Below, one piece after another: positions 7,095 through 14,767 of a DNA stretch of 14,889 nucleotides (positions within the stretch are counted from its first letter, which is position 1; every line of letters begins with the position of its first letter). This DNA comes from Snowella sp. (GTDB taxonomy: Bacteria > Cyanobacteriota > Cyanobacteriia > Cyanobacteriales > Microcystaceae), in contig JAYKGY010000023.1 of assembly GCA_035285545.1 (NCBI GenBank), forward strand, positions 1-14,889. Reading direction: 5' to 3'. The translations under genes and the position numbers were made by a program. The notes beneath the pieces are model-generated. The model was not told the DNA's origin and did not search any database. It saw only the letters and a list, made by a program, of their open reading frames with translations.

Positions 7095-9782
7095 TTAGAT
7101 CAAAAGTTGAAAAAATATAACTGTAAAGCCAATCATTAGCAATAGGTGAGGCAAGTTACTCAACAGCGATCGCTGGGTAATGCGTAACAAAGGATAGGGG
7201 CTAAAGACCAACGCTGACAGGAGCGTAACCCCTTGGAGAAATTGAGCAACATCTAGACTCCAGGTTAAACTGGGTAAGACAATAAGATTAAAGCCGAAAG
7301 AATAAGCGGTAACAGGAAGAATACGGCCCGCTTCAGTGATTGCCGCAGGAATGTAATAGGCTAAATTGGCTGCTAGGGTCAACGGGAGATAGATATAGAT
7401 AACCGTCAGATAATTGGGTTGTTGGGGGTCAAAATAACAGGCGATCACGTGGGTTAAATAGGTTAAAATCGCGGGGATGCTTAACAAAATCAGTGTAATG
7501 GGAATACTAATCAGTAAATGCTCCGAATCTAGGCTAATGGAATCGAATCCGAAAGCTCTGAGTATTTTCTGGGATTGGTGCATAAATACACCACCCAAGA
7601 GCAACAGTAATAACGCAATTTCTGCCCAAAAACCTTGATGATTATCCAATAAATCCGAAGCGGGAAAGCGAAGATTGAGTTGGGCGGAACGATTGGGGCA
7701 AGCTTTGAGGCAGGTCATACAGAACATACAATCCCGATTATCCTGCAACTGATTTGGATGGGAATAGAGAGGGCAACCATCTGTTGCTTGACCTTCATTG
7801 GGGAGGGCATCGGGAAAGCTGATCGGGGTAGCGGCACTGCCTTTATAACAACCAAACGTATTACATTGGCTGCCACAGACCTGTTGAGTAGAGCGCAACT
7901 CGATCATGGAAAGCTTGGCAAACATTCCATTCATGCCCCCAATTGGACAAAGATAACGACACCACAGCCGCCGTTCATAAATTTGGCTAAAAATGACTGC
8001 TCCTGCTGTGATCACCAACAATAGCCAAGCAGATAAATAGGCATGATGAGGTAAATCCCAGAGTTTTTCCCAGAGATAAATAGCGACAAATCCTGCAAAG
8101 AGAAACCACGCTCCCCAACGGTTCAGCGATCGCGTATTCCAGGTAAGTTGCTGACGGGGAAATAGCCACAGAGAAAGCCTCCGCAACCATTCCGCCGTAA
8201 TCATAAAGGGGCAAACCGCACACCAAAGCCGCCCGACAAAGGCAAACCAAAATAAATAACCGGGCCACCACCAGGCCCAAAAAAGATTTAAGGTGACGCT
8301 ATGTTCTCGATCCTGTGGGCCGATAAATCCCAATATAGTGACAGGCACAAAAATCACCATCATGATCAGCCAAAGTCCCTCTGGATACCAACGGCTGAGG
8401 AAAAATTGCCTTAAACCAGGCACATGAGTTAATAAATCTAAACGAAACGCATTTTTGGTTGATTGCACAGACCATAATGCCTGTTCGGGGATAAACTCAT
8501 AGCCCAACGGGGTCATCATGACGGCTCGGTGAAGGATTTCCGCCAATTCCGCAATATTGCCAGGATAGTCATAACTGATTAAACGACGGAGATCGGACTG
8601 ATCCAGTTGTAGAAGGGGACGATTTTGGGCTTGGCAAAACTGAGTGAGAAAATAACGGGCAAAATTGGGAATATCGGCTTTCCGTTGGCTGAGAGTCTGG
8701 AGTTTAATGGTCAGCGCGTTAATATCGGGTAATGATACTTTATTAGGAGAAGTGAGGATTAATCGAACCCAGGCGTAAATGGGTTGAGGCGGTTCCGTTG
8801 CTAAATCCAAAGGGTCAATAATGCCGTGATTGGGCAGAATAAACCCCGTTTTCAAATAATGGGCTAAACGGGCGCGATCGCCGTCTCCGAGAACTTGCAC
8901 ATTAGTTAACAGTAAGGTTCCCCGTTCCAACAGTTCAAAAATACCGACTTGACCATTGACTCGTCCAAACAAAAGATCTGTGTCTAACCGACCATCGCTG
9001 GATCTAGGCAACTTCGCACAATCCAATTCAGCAAAGGGGTTATCCGCCAATTCAGAACAGGCATGAATTAGACCCGCTAAAAAGGTTTTTCCTGTTCCTG
9101 GTTGAGCCTGAAAAATAACGGGTTTTACGCTCCCAGCCGCTTGTTGAACGTATTCGGCTAACTTTTGAGTAGCTTTACTATTACCCAAAATGGTTGTTTT
9201 TGTCGGAACCGCATGAAGGTAAGCCTGTAAGCCTTGAATACGGTGTTGTTCTTGGGCAAGACGTTCAATATAGTGATTTAAGTCTGCGGCTAATTGGCTA
9301 TTCAATAAATGTTCAATTTCAGGATGGTCTTGCATTAATTGTTGGAACTGAGCGATCGCCAAAAAGCCAATTTCACTATCGGTTAACGCGATCGCTTGAT
9401 TTTGATAGGTTCCCTTGTCTAAATTGGTCATCCAGGAGACATAACCAAACAAATCCCCCGCTCCTCGATGACGAATCAAAGATTTCCCTAATGCAGAGAG
9501 TCGATAAATCTCTACTTCACCGCTTTTAATGAGATATAAACCTATAATCGGCTGATTAGCTCTAAAAATGGGGGTTCCTGCTTTTACTGTCAATACATGC
9601 AGCGATCGCGCTAAATCTTGTAATGCCGTTTCCGATAATTGTCCCCAAAGTCGATGGGATTTTAACCATTGCTTAGATTCTGCAAGTTCGTTTTCCGTTA
9701 GGTTAGGTAACTCCTCCAATCCCGCCCCCAAGGGAAAGTTATCGCTCCGTAATGCAGAGATTGAATCCAGCCGAGAAACCAT
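7095..9782 (-). CDS. cNMP-binding domain + degenerate sigma54-activator-like AAA+ domain + polytopic membrane 4Fe-4S domain (NapH/RdxA-like)
   Basis: cNMP fold (LYLIKSGEVEI, GAGDLFG), Walker A AQPGTGKT, LSQRKADIP and YDYPGNIAEL. These are followed by many TM segments with GRLWCAVCP, WCRYLCP and CMFCMTCLKACP. Confidence 0.85.
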   Translation of the reverse strand: MVSRLDSISALRSDNFPLGAGLEELPNLTENELAESKQWLKSHRLWGQLSETALQDLARSLHVLTVKAGTPIFRANQPIIGLYLIKSGEVEIYRLSALGKSLIRHRGAGDLFGYVSWMTNLDKGTYQNQAIALTDSEIGFLAIAQFQQLMQDHPEIEHLLNSQLAADLNHYIERLAQEQHRIQGLQAYLHAVPTKTTILGNSKATQKLAEYVQQAAGSVKPVIFQAQPGTGKTFLAGLIHACSELADNPFAELDCAKLPRSSDGRLDTDLLFGRVNGQVGIFELLERGTLLLTNVQVLGDGDRARLAHYLKTGFILPNHGIIDPLDLATEPPQPIYAWVRLILTSPNKVSLPDINALTIKLQTLSQRKADIPNFARYFLTQFCQAQNRPLLQLDQSDLRRLISYDYPGNIAELAEILHRAVMMTPLGYEFIPEQALWSVQSTKNAFRLDLLTHVPGLRQFFLSRWYPEGLWLIMMVIFVPVTILGFIGPQDREHSVTLNLFWAWWWPGYLFWFAFVGRLWCAVCPFMITAEWLRRLSLWLFPRQQLTWNTRSLNRWGAWFLFAGFVAIYLWEKLWDLPHHAYLSAWLLLVITAGAVIFSQIYERRLWCRYLCPIGGMNGMFAKLSMIELRSTQQVCGSQCNTFGCYKGSAATPISFPDALPNEGQATDGCPLYSHPNQLQDNRDCMFCMTCLKACPNRSAQLNLRFPASDLLDNHQGFWAEIALLLLLLGGVFMHQSQKILRAFGFDSISLDSEHLLISIPITLILLSIPAILTYLTHVIACYFDPQQPNYLTVIYIYLPLTLAANLAYYIPAAITEAGRILPVTAYSFGFNLIVLPSLTWSLDVAQFLQGVTLLSALVFSPYPLLRITQRSLLSNLPHLLLMIGFTVIFFQLLI

Positions 9783-9888
9783 AGCCCATCCTAGAATTCT
9801 TTAATTGAATTTTATCGTTGGCTTTAACCGCTTGATTTCAATATTTATTAAGATTTTGGGGCTTTTCTCCAATCAGGTTGAAATAGGT

Positions 9889-10755
9889 TTATCGCGTTAA
9901 CTTTTTAAGAACCGATTGAGTAGAAACCAGATGTTTATCTAGCCCTAATTTGTGGGGTTTAATCCCCAACGCTAAGCCGATTAACTCGGTGATATAAAGA
10001 ATCGGTAGGGAATAGCTGACATTATATTTCTTTTCAATATCAGGTTGCCGTAATTCCAAATTGGTTGAACAAAGCGGGCAAGCTAAAACGATGCAATCGG
10101 CTCCCAAAGCTTGGGCTTCATCTAAAAGTTTTTTGGTTAACTCATAGGCCACATTTTCTTGAGGAATTAAAATTGGCCCGCCACAGCATTTGGTTTTAGA
10201 GCGGAAATCGAGAACTTCTGCGCCACAAGCCTTTGCTAAATTATCCATTGCCATCGGTCGAACAGGAGAGTCCCAACCCGTTAAATCTTCAGGACGAGTC
10301 AGCAAACAGCCGTAATAGCAGGCCACTTTTAAACCCGTCAGAGGTCGTTTCACATATTTGGTAATGTTAATATCATTGGCTAAAACATCCACCACACTCC
10401 TTACTTTAATCGGGTTATTTTGGACTTTAATTCCCATTTCTTCTAGGATTGGCGTAATTTTAGACTTTTCAATTGGATCTTCTAAGGCTCGATTGGCTTT
10501 GGCGGATTTATTGTAACAACCTGAACAGGAAGCCAGCAGATCTTGACTTTGGGCTTGGGCAAGAACCACATTTCTAGCGGCTAAGGCCATACTCAATTCA
10601 TGATTAACCCCCCCTGCAATTGATCCGCCACAACACGACCAATTTTTTAGTTCTTCGAGTTCAAATCCCAAAGCTTGCATAACGGCTTTGGTGGACAGAT
10701 CAAATTCTTTCGCAGACGTATGAAGGCTACAGCCAGGATAATAAGAATATTTCAT
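9889..10755 (-). CDS. hdrB: Heterodisulfide reductase subunit B-like (HdrB2), two intact CCG domains
   Basis: YYPGC...SCCGG...CSGC and YYGC...KCCGG...CPLC, i.e. the CX31-39CCX35-36CXXC-type motif occurs twice. Confidence 0.93.
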   Translation of the reverse strand: MKYSYYPGCSLHTSAKEFDLSTKAVMQALGFELEELKNWSCCGGSIAGGVNHELSMALAARNVVLAQAQSQDLLASCSGCYNKSAKANRALEDPIEKSKITPILEEMGIKVQNNPIKVRSVVDVLANDINITKYVKRPLTGLKVACYYGCLLTRPEDLTGWDSPVRPMAMDNLAKACGAEVLDFRSKTKCCGGPILIPQENVAYELTKKLLDEAQALGADCIVLACPLCSTNLELRQPDIEKKYNVSYSLPILYITELIGLALGIKPHKLGLDKHLVSTQSVLKKLTR

Positions 10756-10840
10756 AATGTTATACCTATTTTAATCAATCTTAAATAATGGGGCATTGCT
10801 AGATTCAGACATGACCCCTTGGTTTCGTTAATGGTAATAG

Positions 10841-10919
10841 CCCCCTAAATCCCCCAATTCTGGGGGACTTTCGAGCATTGTGATCGCTGAGTTTCCAAAA
10901 AAGTTGGAGGATTGGAGAG
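10841..10919. repeat. Cyanobacterial REP-like palindromic repeat (one intact unit, one decayed unit)
   Basis: CCCCCTAAATCCCCCAATTCTGGGGGACTTT (10841-10871) contains a TCCCCCA/TGGGGGA hairpin. A degenerate partner TTTCCAAAAAAGTTGGAGGATTGGAGAG lies at 10892-10919. Confidence 0.7.
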
Positions 10920-10934
10920 ATAATATCGAGAATG

Positions 10935-10973
10935 TTATTTGCATAGAAGTCAAATTAATTTGGTATGCAATAA
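10935..10973. other. Hairpin immediately after the hdrC2 stop
   Basis: TTATTTGCATA...TATGCAATAA arms surround the palindrome CAAATTAATTTG. Confidence 0.45.
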
Positions 10974-11573
10974 TTAGGGCGTTTTAACTTTTGATAAAGC
11001 GTCACGGAAAGCTTGGGGATTTTTAACTTGAGCGGGAAGGGGGGATAATTTTCCTTTCAAGGCTAATTGAATACCGAGGGGAGCTTGTTCCATGACTGCT
11101 TTTAAGCCGCCGTATTCTCGGATTAGTTCAGGCTCAAAAAGAATGCCCCATTTTTGAATAATATTGACGAAAATTTGATTAAATCGGGTGGAGTCGTTTT
11201 CAATGCCTTCTCGAATCGCGATTGCTTTCACTGCTTCAATCACTTCCGAAGGACGAACCCCACGAGGACAACGGGAGGTGCAAGTATGGCAAGAACTACA
11301 GAGCCAAAGGGTATTGCTTTTAATAACCGTTTCCCATTCTCCCCGTTGCACCATCAACACTAAACTTCTGGGAGTCAGATCCATGCGATCTACATTCGGG
11401 CAACCCCCGCTACAGGTTCCACACTGCATACAAGCGGCAATTTTAGCGGCCTCGCCTCCCTCTGCTTTAACCCGTTCTTGAAAGGCGTGATTCATTCGAT
11501 CTCCATCCACTTGGCGATCGCGTTTAATCCCGAAGAAACATTTCTTTTTCGTTTTAGTTAATTGTGCGGTCAT
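10974..11573 (-). CDS. hdrC: Heterodisulfide reductase subunit C-like (HdrC2), 2x[4Fe-4S]
   Basis: CMQCGTCSGGCP and LWLCSSCHTCTSRCPRGV. RBS AGGAG is upstream. Confidence 0.93.
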   Translation of the reverse strand: MTAQLTKTKKKCFFGIKRDRQVDGDRMNHAFQERVKAEGGEAAKIAACMQCGTCSGGCPNVDRMDLTPRSLVLMVQRGEWETVIKSNTLWLCSSCHTCTSRCPRGVRPSEVIEAVKAIAIREGIENDSTRFNQIFVNIIQKWGILFEPELIREYGGLKAVMEQAPLGIQLALKGKLSPLPAQVKNPQAFRDALSKVKTP

Positions 11574-11612
11574 GCCGTCATCTCCTATTAAATTAGGTTA
11601 AATATTGAGAAT

Positions 11613-12689
11613 CTATTTTTCTAAGAGCGCGACAGAACCCGAACTCACTGATTGACCGTTATAGCTAATAAAAACAGAGCTAGGAGCTAAAAAGGCAGCA
11701 ATTTCGGCAGCAGCAGAGCGGCCATCGGTGATCGATTCCACAATCGCTTTGGGGCCTGTGGCGGTTCCTGCGAGGAAAATTCCTGGACGAGGTGAAGCAT
11801 TATTGGAATATTGTTGATGGGCAGTCGTATAGAAGCGATCGCAACCAATTTCTAACCCTGCGACTTGAGCCATTTCCGTATTGCCTTCCATTCCCACCAT
11901 CAAAACCAACATATCGACGGTTAATTTCATGGGTTTTGCAATCAAGGTATCTTCCAGACGGAGTAACAAACTGCCCTGACCATCATTTTTCTCATTGGCT
12001 TCTGACAATCGACCCCGAATAAATTGAATGCCGTAGGTTTCCTGCGCTGTGCGATAAAGTTCTTCGTAACCCCGACCGAAAACCCGAATATCCATATAAA
12101 GGCAGTAAATATCGCAATCAGGAATTAATTTTTTGATTTCAATGGCATCTTTAATGGTATTGGTGCAACAGACACGAGAACAGTAATAATTGCCCACTTT
12201 TTGGTCACGGGAGCCGACACAGTGAATCATGGCAATTTTTTTCGGAACCTTGCCCTGTACCGTCGTTAATCGTCCTTCCTTGAGCCGTAAATCCAGTTCA
12301 ACCGCCGTAATACAATTATCGTAAACGCCATAACCGTATTCTTCTTTTAAGGTTGCATCAAAGTGATAAAATCCGGTGGTCATTAGAATAGCTGCTGCTT
12401 CCAAGGTTTCCCCATTGGACAGACTAACTTGAAACTGGGGAGAAGTTCCCGCGATCGCGCTGACGGTTGTTTCGGTTAAAACTCTGGTTCCGTTCAATTC
12501 TCGTTGTAATTGATTGACAATCTCTGCGCCCTCGGTGAAATCGGGAAAGACTTTAAACCAGTTTTTGACATGACCGCCTAAAGCCCTTTCTTTTTCTATC
12601 AGCGTCACCTGAAAACCTAAGTGGGAAAGTTTTGCAGAAGCTGACATTCCCGCAACGCCTCCACCAATAACAACAATCTGTTTATTCAT
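11613..12689 (-). CDS. hdrA: Short HdrA-like FAD/[4Fe-4S] subunit (358 aa, no ferredoxin domains)
   Basis: VIGGGVAG Rossmann motif, EEYGYG, HdrA signature CVGSRD...YCSRVCC, YMDIR.FG..YE and GIFLAGTATGPK. Confidence 0.93.
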   Translation of the reverse strand: MNKQIVVIGGGVAGMSASAKLSHLGFQVTLIEKERALGGHVKNWFKVFPDFTEGAEIVNQLQRELNGTRVLTETTVSAIAGTSPQFQVSLSNGETLEAAAILMTTGFYHFDATLKEEYGYGVYDNCITAVELDLRLKEGRLTTVQGKVPKKIAMIHCVGSRDQKVGNYYCSRVCCTNTIKDAIEIKKLIPDCDIYCLYMDIRVFGRGYEELYRTAQETYGIQFIRGRLSEANEKNDGQGSLLLRLEDTLIAKPMKLTVDMLVLMVGMEGNTEMAQVAGLEIGCDRFYTTAHQQYSNNASPRPGIFLAGTATGPKAIVESITDGRSAAAEIAAFLAPSSVFISYNGQSVSSGSVALLEK

Positions 12690-12738
12690 AGCTTGCTCAT
12701 CCGAATAAAAGGTTAATAAGGTTAAGTGTTAGAAAAAT

Positions 12739-13785
12739 TTAAAAAGGCCGACGGCGTTCTTCAAAGGTTTTTGAGCGATCGTAGGGAATTCCAATTTGAT
12801 CTAATAACGGTTCAATCGCGATCGCTTTGGCATTCAAACCACAATCTTTGAAGGGGTCGTAACCGAGCAGCAGACCCGTTAATTGGGCATAATCCAACAC
12901 ACAAACCCCAAAATCTTCTTCTAACACTTCCCGAATCGTTCCTTGTTCTGCATCCAAGAAAACCGTACAGCCTGGACAGTTGGTTAAAATCAATTTACAG
13001 TCGGGATGGGCTTCTTTGAGACTCTTCATTTTTTTATAAACGGAGCCTGCGGTATAGTCTCGATTTTCGGGAAAAGCACATTGACGAAAACCCATACCGC
13101 AACAATGCCGCCGTTCAGGATAATCAACGATCTCAGCCCCAAACGCCTGTAACATTCCCACTAAAATCTGGGGGAACTCTGCGCCGCCCATTGCTTCTTC
13201 AGGGAAAATTTTGGCGTAGTGACAGCCCACATGATCGGTTGCTTTAATGCCTTTCAAACTATATTTGGCTTTAGCCGCTAACTTATGGCGATTGGCAAAA
13301 AAGACATCGGATGCATGAACTACCGAAGGACGACCTTCTAAGACATGGGGAACCCAAAATTCACGCCCTGTTGTTTCTTTTAAGGTTTTGGCAGTATATT
13401 CTCGCAATTCGGGTTCTTCTTCCCAAAGCTTCATCATTTCCGTGTAATTAGCGAAAGACGTTACACAAAAAGAAAATAATTTATCGACTCCCAGTTCGTA
13501 GTGAGCAAGGGAAAAATTGCGGGCAGCCACCACCATTTGGGTTTCAATATTGGTGACATCACCGTGATAACCGATCGCGCCGCAGGAGGTATGGCCTGGG
13601 GCTTCTCGTAAATCGATGCCTAAATCATTTTTGAGAATTTTGTAGGCAATGCCTTCGGTATAAGGAGCCGCACTTTGCAAAAAACAACTGCGAAAACAGC
13701 CCCACACTTTTCCATCGGGATCATCAATACTGGGAACAGCTTTTTGGTGTTTTTCCCATGCTTTTACTTTTCCTTCAACTTTCAT
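12739..13785 (-). CDS. hdrB: HdrB1-like subunit with a modified first CCG domain
   Basis: First domain RSC...TSCGAIGYH...FCVTSFANY is altered. Second domain HVGCHY...HCCGMGF...NCPGC is intact. RBS GAGGA is upstream. Confidence 0.9.
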   Translation of the reverse strand: MKVEGKVKAWEKHQKAVPSIDDPDGKVWGCFRSCFLQSAAPYTEGIAYKILKNDLGIDLREAPGHTSCGAIGYHGDVTNIETQMVVAARNFSLAHYELGVDKLFSFCVTSFANYTEMMKLWEEEPELREYTAKTLKETTGREFWVPHVLEGRPSVVHASDVFFANRHKLAAKAKYSLKGIKATDHVGCHYAKIFPEEAMGGAEFPQILVGMLQAFGAEIVDYPERRHCCGMGFRQCAFPENRDYTAGSVYKKMKSLKEAHPDCKLILTNCPGCTVFLDAEQGTIREVLEEDFGVCVLDYAQLTGLLLGYDPFKDCGLNAKAIAIEPLLDQIGIPYDRSKTFEERRRPF

Positions 13786-13924
13786 GCTTTTTATTTCCTC
13801 AAGGGTATTTATAAAAAATTGATGGTTAATTTTGGCTATAGTTTTTTAAAAAGGCGAAGACTGATCAACGAATTAACGGTTGACCTAAATAGGATTCAAA
13901 ATAAATTTAATTGGGTAAATTTGA

Positions 13925-14626
13925 TTACTCTGGCAGAGAATAATTCCTGCTATCTGCGGTTTCTAACCAATTTTGCCAGTATTTTTCTACTTCTTCCTTG
14001 CTGCCTAATTTCTTTTCCATTCCCTTTTCTACTGCTTCCATTAACGCGATCGCGCCCGTTTTTTCGTAGATGGTTCGTAATTCTTCTAAGTCTTTTTCAG
14101 GAATTTGCCGATGGGAACCCGCACTATTTTCCAAATCCATCGGTACGCCCCACCATTCCCGCATTTCTGCCATGTGTTCGTAATAGTATTCCCAGTTTTC
14201 GCCTAATTCGGGGAAATGGGCAGGAGAAATATTTTGAGCAACTAATGTATAACCCCGTTTAAGCATATTTTCGCCAAAAACGCGCTTAGCAAACAGTTGT
14301 TGTCGGCCTTTTTCCGATTCAGCAAAATAACCATGTTTGACCGACAGACGACGCAGAGCCAGAATCACCGATGCCGCACTATTCCCCCTCGGACAACGGG
14401 TTTTACAAGAAAAACATTGCCCACAATACCAAATTTGCTCGGATTTGAGCAGGGCTTCAATCTGTTCATCATCTTCAGACTGCACGGTATTCATCACTTC
14501 ACGGGGCGAATACTCGTAAAATTCGGCAGCAGGACAAACGGCAGTACAAACCCCACAGTTGAGGCAGGCGTTCATCCCATGTTCATACAAAATGTCTTGC
14601 TTGAGTTCGTTGAATAATTGACCCAT
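13925..14626 (-). CDS. hdrC: HdrC1-like subunit, 2x[4Fe-4S]
   Basis: CLNCGVCTAVCP and IWYCGQCFSCKTRCPRGN. The start is placed at ATG 14626 (MGQLF) because GGGGGT lies 7 nt upstream. Confidence 0.92.
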   Translation of the reverse strand: MGQLFNELKQDILYEHGMNACLNCGVCTAVCPAAEFYEYSPREVMNTVQSEDDEQIEALLKSEQIWYCGQCFSCKTRCPRGNSAASVILALRRLSVKHGYFAESEKGRQQLFAKRVFGENMLKRGYTLVAQNISPAHFPELGENWEYYYEHMAEMREWWGVPMDLENSAGSHRQIPEKDLEELRTIYEKTGAIALMEAVEKGMEKKLGSKEEVEKYWQNWLETADSRNYSLPE

Positions 14627-14767
14627 TGAATTACCCCCGATTGCTTTATCTATCATATAACCAGATAGTAAAATAGTTATCAATAGGGATAAATACTCAA
14701 TTTTTAGCTTAGGGGAAAATTTAAAAGCTTTGTCAAAGTCGCGATCGCCAACTAACTGTTCGACTAA

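Larger units (their letters stand above)
274..14748. repeat. HIP1 octamers (GCGATCGC), ~19 dispersed copies
   Basis: Read by eye at 274, 4098, 4232, 5040, 5171, 5205, 5929, 7166, 8126, 8874, 9352, 9388, 9602, 11514, 11835, 12451, 12818, 14046 and 14741. Confidence 0.9.

Noticed and set aside
7095..9782. Genuine sigma54-dependent transcriptional activator
   Set aside because: No GAFTGA loop, degenerate Walker B and no HTH; cyanobacteria also lack sigma54.
9889..10755. HdrB2 as the cyanobacterial succinate dehydrogenase CCG subunit
   Set aside because: It follows hdrC within a full hdr cluster, and there is no sdhA/sdhB in the window.
801..14617. Short overlapping ORFs in the track (801-1007, 1929-2111, 2604-2819, 5901-6164, 7680-8024, 7987-8280, 9194-9529, 9568-9804, 11154-11363, 11188-11481, 11792-12022, 13675-14262, 14297-14617, 14337-14519)
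   Set aside because: Antisense or off-frame shadows of well-supported genes, with no recognisable motifs.
9889..14626. Methanogenesis, or archaeal contamination
   Set aside because: No mcr/mvh genes, a short HdrA, internal HIP1 sites and a cyanobacterial repeat within the cluster.
14627..14683. N-terminal extension of HdrC1 from TTG 14683
   Set aside because: ATG 14626 has a good RBS, and the extension overlaps the likely promoter/operator.
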